From NCBI RefSeq assembly GCF_006345805.1, contig NC_043004.1, positions 47,430,001-47,494,000 on the forward strand: DNA of 64,000 nucleotides. The letters are read 5' to 3'. A program made the translations under genes and the position numbers. This DNA comes from Octopus sinensis. Its lineage: Eukaryota. Under the pieces are notes generated by a model. It was not told where the DNA came from. It did not search any database and saw only the letters and a program-made list of their open reading frames with translations. How positions within the stretch are numbered: the first letter of the stretch is position 1; each line of letters opens with the position of its first letter. Of this stretch, positions 26,401-37,790 are shown piece after piece.

Positions 26401-27078
26401 AACATAGAAACTTAAGAAAAGTTCAACACAACAACAAACCTTCCCGAAAATACTACCTTACATATCTACATACAACCCCAGAAACAAAGAAGCCTTCACC
26501 ATCATCACCCAGAATTACCAATACTTCATAAAAACCCAAAATTAAAGGAAATTCTAAACATACACCAAATCATTAAAAGCTACAAACAGCCTAAATCACT
26601 TAAAAAGATTCTCACAAAGGCAAAATTGTCTTCTAAAATTACGGATGCAAAAGTAAAAAAATGTGGTAGATCGAACTGTGCAACATGTCCTAACCTATTG
26701 GAAGGATCATAATTCTTCTTTAAAGAGGGACAGAAATTTAAGATCAAATCTAACTTTACTTGTGCCTCTGAAAACATAATTTATGTTATTAAATGTTCGG
26801 GCTGCCACCAACACTACGTGGGTTCCACGGGACTATCACTCAGGCGCAGATGCACACTGCATCGACAACAGATTGCATTCCCAGAATATAGAATGATACC
26901 TTTTAGTGAGCACATTGAGAAATGCGCAAAGCAACTACTGCCACAATTTTTAATCTTCCCATTTTACCAATGTGCTTTCGGATCATCAACACAAATGAGA
27001 CTGAACAAGGAAACATTCTTCATTGAAAAGTACAAACCCAGACTCAACCATCCGAACATACTGACACAGAGAAATTAA
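23492..27078 (+). pseudogene. Penelope RT / GIY-YIG endonuclease polyprotein, disrupted
   Basis: LRPIVAG, LVSFDVINLYTSI, GIAMGTRAAPVIANL, WKRFLDDCF, ELPFLDI, FYKATD, then CASENIIYVIKCSGCHQHYVGST..LRRRC.LH (GIY-YIG); several frameshifts and stops. Confidence 0.95.
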
Positions 27079-27213
27079 CAAGGAAAAGGGAAAAAAAAAT
27101 TTTAAGCGATTATCTCCCCTACACCGGAAAAATCACTCACTACCTCCCCTTATTTAGAAATCTCCTGGAAATAAAAACAACGATAATTCCATGCAATATA
27201 AACATAACGTCAC

Positions 27214-27253
27214 AAGAAATTTGAAAAGCTACACGCGAAACCGGTAATTTCTT
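27214..27253 (+). ncRNA. 40-nt minimal type I hammerhead with U3-A8 core variant
   Basis: AAGAAAT (helix I) TTGAAAA (core) GC-TACAC-GC (helix II) GAA ACCGGT (palindromic helix III) A, then ATTTCTT (helix I, 7 perfect bp). Confidence 0.75.
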
Positions 27254-27445
27254 AAAAAATTTTTAAATTATGTCATTTTAAGGAAAGGGGAAAAAAATTT
27301 TTTCCAATATTCTCCAGACATTTTGACACAAATATATATATTTTTTAACATTTAAGCCTTCTGTCGTTTTTTCACACTTTACTATTTTCTTATATATTCA
27401 CCCACGTGCTTTACCAAACAAACTTTCTTATCTATATATATATGT

Positions 27446-27623
27446 AGGTCCAGGGTTGATTCGGGGTTAACCACAGTAAATAAGGTACTCAATACATAGC
27501 AGAGTAAATTTAATTTATTATATAGAAGGAGCTTCTACAGGACTAGAACTGTTTCATTCAACTGTTTCATTCTCTTGAATGAAACAGTTCTAGTCCTGTA
27601 GAAGCTCCTTCTATATAATAAAT
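27446..27623 (-). mobile_element. Fold-back PLE-type stub: perfect 49 bp arms (27513-27561 / 27575-27623), 13-nt spacer
   Basis: Direct reading; flanked by TA runs; the spacer partly repeats the arm end. Confidence 0.75.
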
Positions 27624-28404
27624 ATATATATATATGAATTTATGTATGTATTTCTGCATATTAATGGAATATAATTAGATTACTTAATAGTTACTTAGTG
27701 AATAAGTTCACCGCCCCACCCTTATAACCAATTCCCATATGGAGTATATCGAACCAGACATAGCAACAAAAATGCCTACAAAACTATATCGTGGCGTACA
27801 ATTTGAAAATCATTTTACGAGTGAATTTGCCAATAATGGACAATTAACTAAACTAATTATCCTACATTTTTACAGCATATTCACTAATATTCATTTATAT
27901 TTGTGTTTTCCTACGGAATCATAACGTTGATAAACATTCTAACATACGTATGTGCGTGTATATGTGTATGTGTGTCCGTCTGTGTCTCTGTCCCTATGTC
28001 TGTATGTGTGTTTTTGTGCCCACGCGCTCGAGTGTGTGTGTGCGTGCGTGTAAATGTGTACGTATAAATAAAAATATATGTGCAAGTAATGATGTGTGGA
28101 TTTGTTATATATAGACGCAATAGTAGACTAGTAGCACCATCCATTTAGAATTCTGTATAATTTTTATAGCCTTCATTTTGTATTATTAATGAGATTCAGT
28201 TCTCGTAGATGAACATATTCTTATTATTGCTAACGTGATTTTGTAGTAAGACTTGTATTTTTCCATTTGTACTCCGGTTAACGCAGTGCTGTATTTATCT
28301 TCTGTTAGTTATATATATGCACTACCTCTATCTAACCTGAATATTTGATCGAACCTTTTGAAAGTACTTTTATTTTGATGTTTTCTTATGTGTTAGCATG
28401 TTTA

Positions 28405-28512
28405 ATGTGTAGATCTTTAGCTGGGCTAAAAAGTCGCATTCGATCACAGCACTAATAACAGTTAAGCTGCGTGCAATGGCCATACTCGATAACGAGGGGG
28501 CAGCCATCATGT
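28405..28512 (-). repeat. Interspersed repeat also present, in two pieces, at 36437-36464 and 36666-36718
   Basis: Shared CATGGTGGCTGCCCCCTCGTTATCGAGTATGGCCATTGCACG and TTTTTAGCCCAGCTAAAGATCTAC. Confidence 0.7.
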
Positions 28513-29172
28513 ATGTATGTACGCACGTACGTATGTACGTATGTGTATATGTATGTATGTATTCTTGTAGAGCATTAGAATATTTCACTAGCACATTTTA
28601 CACTGGTCACGTAGCTGGTATAGATGTGAACGCACTGTGTTTGGAATGACTGATGCCGAGAGCGGTCTGTTTTGCAAACGCAAGTATTGTGTGTTGTAAC
28701 TTACTCAACACGGCAAGTAATTTCTGCAAAATATATTGTGGCGCTGCTCCCATACTGCACCCTTCCCAACTGACCTCATGTATATTTTTAGTCTTTAGTA
28801 CTGCAGAGGGTTTCCTTTTGAAGATAAACATTTTTAGCCACTTTAGGGATTATGTTAAATATATATGATCTACTGATTAGTCAGCTCAAGGATTAGCCGT
28901 TATTTTCCATTCTAAATTTCGTTTTATGCAAAATTACCAAAGTTTCTGGGCGACGTTACCCGTATTTATAGATCCAGGAAACATGGACCTTTATTGCTAT
29001 TGTTATTATTTATTTGAATTAGGTTCAGTCTTGTTCCTGCTAGAATTTATGTGGGTAACGGTTTGTTATCGGTAACCTTTGTTATCCACTAACTTTCGGA
29101 AGACTTTCAAGTCCTTAGGACCCCACCGAAAATCTTTCTTGTCCATAACAGGCAAACCTTATGTAGAAGCTC

Positions 29173-29225
<53 letters not shown>

Positions 29226-29226
<1 letters not shown>

Positions 29227-29306
29227 TTTTTTTTCTTCTTTCAAATTTGCTTCCATTTCTTGCCGAGTGTCTTCCCGACTCCTAGGGCAAAGAAACTCAT
29301 AGTATA

Positions 29307-29307
<1 letters not shown>
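29226..29307 (-). mobile_element. Short 3' stub of a probable (TAA)n-targeting LINE
   Basis: 82 bp unique segment bracketed by (ATT)n tracts, next to two R4/Dong copies in the same orientation. Confidence 0.4.
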
Positions 29308-29363
<56 letters not shown>

Positions 29364-29367
29364 CATT

Positions 29368-30134
29368 AACGCCCTTGCACAGCTTCTAACGAAGCAGATG
29401 TCAGCTGTTGACTAACAGTGAACTAAGGTAACACCTCTTATTTTATGAGCACCTTCCGAAGTATTCGAGCGGTTTCAAGCAGTGCTGTTTTCTGCACGTG
29501 CTCCAACCTTATTGCAGCCCCTATTTGTTCCGCGTACTTCTCGAGATTTTTGCTCGCTGTTCCCAAGGCTCCGATAATTACTGGTACTACTGCTACGTTT
29601 CATCGACCACAATTGCTTAACTTCCCAAGCTAACCTGTCATATCTCTCGACTTTTCTTTCTTCCTTATTGCATACCTTGTTGTCAGTTTGGCATGCTATA
29701 TCTATGATCCATCATAGTTTACTTCCTTTCTCAATTAAGACTATATCTGGCTTCCTATTCTTTATCTCAAGGTAACACTGAATCATAAAATCCCATAGGT
29801 TTTATGGTAGTACCAATTGTTTGTTCTGTGAAGTTTATACTTGTTGCAAAGTGTCCAATGGACAAGCCTGGCTATATTGTCGTGACGTCTCATATATTCA
29901 TTCAGGGCTAGTGGCGTTACATTGGCTGGTAATATGCCATACGGTATTTTCCGTTTTGTCCACAGATTCTGCACATATCACTTTCTGCTGTGTTGTCTAT
30001 TCTGCATTTTATGTAGTTTGTTCCTTGTGCTTGCTCTTGGACAGCACAGATTAGAGCCTCCGTTTCCGTTTATAAATCACTTTTAATCATCCACAGCCAT
30101 ATTTTTTCTCTGCTTGTCTTATCTTCAATATCTC
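29368..30134 (-). mobile_element. R4/Dong-clade (RLE) non-LTR retrotransposon, 5' truncated
   Basis: Minus strand: IWLWMIKSDL*TETEALICAVQEQA, CRIC, YMRRHDNIARLVHWTLC, VPVIIGALGTASKNLEKY, VQKTALLETARILRKVLIK* (stop 29438-29440); flanked by (TAA)n. Confidence 0.9.
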
Positions 30135-30205
<71 letters not shown>

Positions 30206-30223
30206 TATTATTATTATTATTAT

Positions 30224-31150
30224 TTTCACATACAAACAACAGATTATACTTAGAAAAAATCCCTCCTCATTACCCTAGCAGTACCTAATGGAGCTGTACT
30301 AATCTGGGCTTTATGCCTATGTCTTAAATCCATATGTTCAGATTTATAGGGATAGTACCCAATGCACCTATAACTACTCGGATATATTTTACCCACACGT
30401 TTTACAGTCTCTGTAATTCAATACCTAGGCACTGGTATTTGCTATTTCTTCTATCAATATCATATTGATTTTTTCATCATTTATGACTGTAAATTTAATT
30501 ATCTGGCATTTTCTATTCTCATATTTACTACTACTAAATCAGGCGTTATAGATTCTATTACTCTGTCTGAATGTTAAAACCCAACAACATCATTTATTTC
30601 TTACTTTCCAGTACTTTACTAGATTCATATTCCTAGTATTTGTTAGTATGTTCAAATCCTAGCTTTCTGCATAACGCCCATTGGATTACTCTCCAAAAGT
30701 TGTCATGCCTTTTCTTGCATTCTTTTCTCCCACCATACATTTACTTACTAAATGAGTAACGCTTACCTCATTTATATTTGCATAACCTACATTGGGAATC
30801 TACTTGATTTTTATCTCTCTTCGCTTTTATCGAATTCGTACTTCATGCTTGATCTTGTGCAGCAATTAACAAATATTCTGTCTCTTCCTTCAGCCTTCCT
30901 ATCTGCAGCCATAACCATGCCACACTACTATTTGCTTCAACTCTCTTTAGGAATCTACCACGCATGCCTTCTCTTGCCGGTCAGATAATTTCAGTTCTTT
31001 TTTCTTGTTTTTAACTTCGTTTGACTTTTCCGTTTCCCTATGTCTGGCTGTGAATCTAGTGGCTTTTAATAAACTTTCTTCGCCATAACCTACATAGGAG
31101 TCTATATCAACTCAAGCTAACTCCATGAAGTCTTCTACTTATATTAACCC
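30224..31150 (-). mobile_element. Second, older R4/Dong-clade LINE 3' half
   Basis: Minus strand: MRGRF, WLWLQIGRLKEETEYLLIAAQDQA, CRLC, KKRHDN, TPDLVVV, VVIGALGTIP; many stops; (TAA)n tail. Confidence 0.85.
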
Positions 31151-31413
31151 TCTGCCCCCTTCCTTTCTAGGTCAATATAATCAATAAAATGCGGCGATCT
31201 GGCAGAATTGTTAGCCCGCCGGCCGGAATGCTTAGCAGTAGATGAAAAAATGAATATATAAATATCAATCTTCATCAGCACAAAAGAGACGTACAAATGA
31301 ATTAACAACAAAACGCAAATACATTAGCACGATGAAGGCAAGACGAAATAGAAAAAAACAAAGACATAGATCAAAGTGATAAATAACAAGCGCACATTTA
31401 AAAAATACCACTG

Positions 31414-31582
31414 GGCGCAGGAGTGGCTGTGTGGTAAGTAGCTTGTTTACCAACCACATGGTTCCGGGTTCAGTCCCACTGCGTGGCACCTTGGGCAAGT
31501 ATCTTCTACTATAGCCTCGGGCCGACCAAAGCCTTGTGAGTGGATTTGGTAGACGGAAACTGAAAGAAGCTCGTCGTATATA

Positions 31583-31624
<42 letters not shown>

Positions 31625-31834
31625 TGTGTGTGTTTGTGTGTCTGTTTTTGTCCCCCTTGCATTGCTTGACAACCGATGCTGGTGTGTTTATGTCTCCGTT
31701 ACTTAGCAGTTCGGCAAAAACAGACTTATAGAATAAGTACTGGACTTAAAAAAGAATAAATCCCGGGGTCAAGTTGCTCGATTAAAGGCGGTGCTCCAGC
31801 ATGGCCGCAGTCAAATGACTGAAACAAGTAAAAG
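31414..31834 (+). mobile_element. tRNA-derived SINE family B with internal (TA)n
   Basis: GGCGCAGGAGTGGCTGTGTGGTAAG head, GGGTTCAGTCCC B-box, CACCTTGGGCAAGT core, tail GCGGTGCTCCAGCATGGCCGCAGTCAAATGACTGAAACAAGTAAAAG. Confidence 0.9.
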
Positions 31835-32368
31835 TGTAATTAACAGTACATTCATTAACTCGTGGTATATTCCTAAATATGTTTCTGTATATCCATATAT
31901 CTATCATTATGTGGGCGTGTGCGACGTGTGTTTGTCTGTCAACGTTTGTGCTCAAGTATATCTATAATGAATGTAGGTCACTCCACGATAATTTTTTTCG
32001 GAGAATGTTTAATTTTATCGTATACTTCCACAAGTACGCAAATACTGTGAAGATGGCGCCCATTCAGAATACAGACAGAAACTAATGCTCATTGTTGTCT
32101 TTTCTTCGGGAAGCAAAAGCAAATGACCTTTTCTTCGTTGGCATCTTATTTCAGTAGATTGATTGCTGCTTCCTCAAACTCATATACTTTCCTCGTCTTC
32201 AATCATCTGCAATAAACGCCAGTGGGTTGTTTACGTACTTCAGAGTAGACGATAGTTAATATAAATCAGGAATATATTTCGTATATTATTTTGTTTGTTT
32301 TACTTCGTGTGTGGTGTTCATATCCATTGCCACAGGAAACTTTGGGCTATTTGTAATATGTAATTTTG

Positions 32369-32415
<47 letters not shown>

Positions 32416-32506
32416 TATTAGAGACAAAAAAGAATAAATCCCGGGGTCAAGTTGCTCGATTAAAGGCGGTGCTCCAGCATGGCCGCAGTCAAATGACTGA
32501 AACAAG

Positions 32507-32558
<52 letters not shown>

Positions 32559-32745
32559 TGTCCGGATGTGTGTGTCTGTTTGTCTGCGTCTGTATGTATG
32601 TGTCTAAAAATTATGTATATGAATAAGCGTAAATATGTATAATATATACATACATATAATATATATATATATATATATATCTATATACATATATATATAT
32701 ATATATAATATATATATACATACATATATATATACATACATATAT

Positions 32746-32787
<42 letters not shown>

Positions 32788-32959
32788 TATACATACACGT
32801 ACACTCAGACATTTGATATATATATACATACATATATATATATATAGAGAGAGAGATTCGGGGTGAATACTTGATAATTATAAGCACCTGTGTATACCGT
32901 TTGGTGGTGTAGGTGGTGGAGTAAATTGATCAAAATAAAAACATGATGCGAAGGATTCA

Positions 32960-33037
32960 GCGGTACATATGTTTCGGGCCTTTATTAGACAGATTTATAA
33001 CAATGCATAATGTATGTCTGTGGCCTTCTTCAGCCGC
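32960..33037 (-). ncRNA. Type I hammerhead motif (inverted copy of 35010-35086)
   Basis: Reverse complement: GCGG CTGAAGA AGGCC...GGCCC GAAAC ATAT GTA CCGC. Confidence 0.65.
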
Positions 33038-35009
33038 GCACAACAGCTTCCACAAGGACATGTGTTACATCAAAAATTCTTGGTTAGGGATGCAAATCCT
33101 CCCATCCTGTATACACAAACTTATTAATACTTTCAAATACTACAAAGCTTAGGTTTTATACCAACTCCCCCATGCAATTTCCCCCCACCCGGTGCAACCT
33201 GTCGGCTCCAGCACATCCCGCTTTCCTATATGTGCGTGTATATGCGTATGTGTGTGTGTATGTATATGTATGTGCACATATGTGTACGTATATGTACATA
33301 TATATATATATATATGTGCGTGTGTGTGTGTGTGTGTGGGTGTGTGTATGTGCATATATGTTTCCCTGCATTTTCCTCCTATATATACAAATTTTGTCTC
33401 CTATATATGACTTCTTTTCCCTAAATGTTTCTTCTCCTATACCCATATCCTTCCTATATAGTCTCTTTACTTCCCTATATCTATACCCTTTCACATTTCT
33501 AACTCGGATGTTGATCGCACACCGCCAAACTCCATTTCCCACCCTTCCAATTTTCAGTTCCCCCCGCCCGCCCCTACGTGGGCACTTTTAACACACACCT
33601 CTAACTTTCAATCACCTTCATCTCATGTTAAATTATATTTTTATCTTATTTTATTTTATTTTTACTTTTACTCTTATTCTACTTCCATTTATTCTCATTT
33701 TCATTTTCATCCCTTACCTTAACTCTTATAATTTTTATAATTTTTATATTTCATTTCTAACTATTACATTGTATTTCTTATTTTATACTGTATTTCTTAC
33801 TTTTATTTCTAATTTTTACCCTTACCCTCATTCTTACCCCTAACTTATCGCTTTACACCTCTATATATGTTTATTTACTTACCTATAGATCCACTTTTGA
33901 CTATACGAGCGTCCGTGTACGTATGTATACGCATACATACATAGACGCGCGCATATATGTACATGCATATTTCGATATCTTATAGCTATACCCATATGTC
34001 TCTGTGTGTGTGTGTAGGTGTATGTGTGCACGCACATACGTACACACAGCCGTGTGTGCGTGCACGCATAGACGTGATTCCTTACATGCGCTCTTATATA
34101 CATCCTTTAATATCTTATATCTAGACCTGGAAGCGTGGGCATATACGTGTGTGTATGTAGGGATGGGCGCGCGTATGCACATGTGAGTGTGTACACGTAT
34201 AGTGTCCGCGTATACATGCGGATATTCTGTTGTATGTATGTATGTGTGCGCACGTGCGTGTGGGTGTGTGTGTGTTTATATGCATGTTTACACGCGAGTG
34301 CGTGTGTATGCTTATAGGCTTGGAGGCGTATATGTACGCGTGTATATGGGTGTATGTATCCATGTTGGTATGTATGTACTAGAAGTCCAAATAATTCAAG
34401 GAACCAGATTAAACGCTCAACAGCTCTGATTTACAACGCATTAGGTCCCCAGACGAAACTGTTGATTTACTGACAATTCTACAACTAAATTTTATCAATC
34501 TCCTGACCACCATGCTTGGTCCTTAACCTCTATACATCCCTTATCTTTATATTTTTTTATATTTTGTTACATTTTTATCATGTTTTTTTACTTTTATTTT
34601 TATTATTTTTATTTTTATTTCTATTTCAATTTTTACTTTATATCCTTATGCCTTTACATTTATTTATATTTCTTTATATTTCTTTATATTCTTTACACCC
34701 CCTTTACATCTCCTTATATCTCTTTATATCTTTATGCTCTACATTTTTATATTTTTCTATACTTACACTTTTTATACATTTTTTATCCCTCGTCCTGAAT
34801 TCTCGCCCCTCCATCTTCACGTATATACATGCATTTATTTATTTACATTACTTCAACATCCATTTTTCCTCATCCTACATTGAGAGAAGAAAGAGATGGA
34901 CGCTTCAATTCTATGCTGCTGCCGCATTATGTCGTACGCGAATGGGAGGATTTGCATCCCTAACCAAGAATTTTTGATGTAACACATATCCTTGTGGAAG
35001 CTGTTGTGC

Positions 35010-35086
35010 GCGGCTGAAGAAGGCCACAGACATACATTATGCATTGTTATAAATCTGTCTAATAAGGCCCGAAACATATGTACCGC
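35010..35086 (+). ncRNA. Type I hammerhead motif with palindromic ACATATGT helix III
   Basis: Helix I GCGG/CCGC; CTGAAGA 35014-35020; helix II AGGCC/GGCCC (A.C at the base) plus ACAGA/TCTGT; GAAA 35071-35074; GTA ending 35082. Confidence 0.7.
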
Positions 35087-35119
35087 TGAATCCTTCGCAT
35101 CATGTTTTTATTTTGATCA

Positions 35120-35167
<48 letters not shown>

Positions 35168-35172
35168 ATATA

Positions 35173-35316
<144 letters not shown>

Positions 35317-36989
35317 TATACATACACGTACACTCAGACATTTGATATATGCGTATATGTATATGCAACCTGTGCGAAATGGAGACAGACTGACTACACG
35401 AACAGACTGGAATATCTTGATAAAGTAAACATATGACAGCCGAAATACATGAATTGAAAATAAAGAAGATGCTAAAATCCCGAACGGAAACCACTCGACA
35501 GAAAATTAGAACCAAAGAAACATCAAATGACCACAAGACATTCTGACGGCAACAGAGGAGCGGAAAGATAAAAAATATGACAACAGCTGCAGCGAAATCC
35601 CTGTGGCAAAGGTAAAAGAAATGACAGAACATAAAAACACGGTAATAAGTGCATGGGTATACTACGTATGTAAGTGAGTATACATATGTGTGTGTAATGG
35701 GATGGATGATGAGTGCGTGTTTGTGAGTATGTATGCCTAGATTTGTTTATGAATATAAATACGAGTGTGCGTGTATGTCGCCTGGGCTGGTATGCTTTCA
35801 TCTGTTAGCAGTTTTAATGGATACGAAAATCAGTACCAAGCCAGTACCAAAGACGAAATGCAGTTCACGCATACGCGTGGCAGACTCGTAGTCAGCATCA
35901 CTTTATGACTTATATCAAGTGACACAGAGCGCCACCAGAATTGTTAACATTACAATAAGCTGAGAAGCACATAGAACGATAAATAGCAGGCTCAAAAGAA
36001 TTACATAGCATGCAGCTAAAGCATGAACGACGGATATAATCTTGATATGATCTGAATAGAGTCACGCAATTTTTTTTGAAAAAACTGCCAATTAACTAAT
36101 CATTTAATTAACTAATTAGTTAAGTGATGATAAAATAGAAGTGAAAATTAATTCGTACATGTGCTTTTATAATTTGCTGGCTGACATTTCGAAAATTATA
36201 ATATATTTATCTACATACATATCTGTATGCGTGTACATCAGTATATGTCTAAGTAAGAGTGTCATTGCATGAATACACACATATTTATTTTATCAAAATG
36301 AACAAATGGCTCGTTCACGATAATCGTGAAGAGCCGAGACAAAGATGCAACTTATAACAGATTGTCAAAGCGGTGCCCCAGCATGTCTGCAATCTAATGA
36401 CTGAAACAAATAAATAGTAAAATATTGAAATAATCACTTTTTAGCCCAGCTAAAGATCTACAATGTATTGTACAGAATTGGAAGCTAAAACCTTTTACCG
36501 GCAATACATACATGCATACATACATACATACATACATACATACATACATACATACACACATACATACACACATACATACATACATACATGCATGCATACA
36601 TACATACATATATACATACATATATATATATATACATATATACATGCATGCATACATATATACATACATGGTGGCTGCCCCCTCGTTATCGAGTATGGCC
36701 ATTGCACGAAGCTTAATCAATGTTGTTATCGTGCAATGCTTGTGCAAGAAGAAGAAAGGCTGTGCACTGAGTCAATCCCACTCACTAAGCAACAGCAGCC
36801 ATAATCCGAAAAGAAGAACAAGTCAACATCATCGGTAACCACTGAGCCGCAGGTTTTATGTCGGAGTTATCCTAGTTACCAGAGTTACCTTCTCCTAGAA
36901 GGATGATCTAACAAAGGCTCAGAGTCCTTCACTCCAAATGGTTTAACCACGCGATCGGGTATACAGTCCAATTATTTCTATGCCCCTCG

Positions 36990-37790
36990 CATGATACAGA
37001 CTTAAGACATTTATTGGATGGCTGTTGACTCTCAAGGATTCCTCCGCCCTTTGACGGGTTGTCCAATAAACACCCTCCTCACCAAGCAAGCTTGGTGGGG
37101 TTGCCGGTTTAGTCGCCGACGACTCGATCATGCAACAGGTTGTACTGGGTTACATGTTACCAGTAGCACTCGAAAGAGACCTGACATGCATACATACATA
37201 CATGCATACATGAATACTTACATACATACATAAATACATACATAATGGCTGCAAACGCGTATTCGAGTAGTGCCTGATCAAAACTCCTACACATGCGAAG
37301 ACTACGACCAGCCATTTCTGCGATAAGTCTTAATTGATTTCTTTTTCATTTTTCTTAAGCCGTGTCCGTCCGTGAAGATTTTTTTTTTATAGTGGGTACA
37401 TGATTTTTCACAAATATAATCCCACTCTCTGACAACACGATCTTGAAAAGAAATACTAGTCTGCATCATCCAATATTGCCAGTATCGCAGGATTCCTCTC
37501 AGTGTCCTTCTCCTAGAGAGATGTTGTGATAACATCAGAGAGGCCTCCCACTCCCAGTAGGCCAACCACGAGCGTGGACAGCAAATTATGTATTTCTACA
37601 TCCCCACATATTCACAAATGCATACTTACACATAGTCACATATTGTTGGATGGCCGTTGACTGCTCATGACCTCTTCCGCCCTTTGAAATCTTATTTTCC
37701 GTCTACAGGATACCCAACAATCACCCTCCTCAACAAACAAGCTTGATGGGATTGCCAGTTTATTTGCCGACGGCCCGACCAGGCAACATA
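36990..37790 (+). repeat. Two diverged copies (about 37015-37150 and 37640-37790) of a GC-richer interspersed repeat
   Basis: Shared TTGGATGGCYGTTGAC...TCCGCCCTTTGA...CACCCTCCTCA..AAGCAAGCTTG.TGGG.TTGCC.GTTTA.T.GCCGACG; possibly LINE UTR-derived. Confidence 0.6.

Larger units (their letters stand above)
22933..27439 (+). mobile_element. Penelope-like retroelement with inverted 5' pLTR and partial direct repeat, inserted in (TA)n
   Basis: 22933-23378 is the reverse complement of 26950-27397; 23405-23472 repeats 27372-27439 directly; a 12-nt triple repeat (ATGGGAAGATTA) sits at the inversion junction; RT plus GIY-YIG ORF remnants. Confidence 0.95.
32845..35124 (+). mobile_element. Degenerate PLE-derived composite with inverted hammerhead-bearing ends (32922-33105 / 34942-35124)
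   Basis: About 184 bp near-identical inverted arms; the interior is low-complexity with PLE C-terminal-like traces; flanked by (TA)n. Confidence 0.7.

Noticed and set aside
31255-31410. Minus-strand PLE-like stub with CTGATGAAGA
   Set aside because: The second half of the ribozyme (GAAA, helix III) is absent, so it is not listed as a ribozyme.
35360-35660. Purine-rich, coding-looking stretch
   Set aside because: Short interrupted frames with no identifiable domain.
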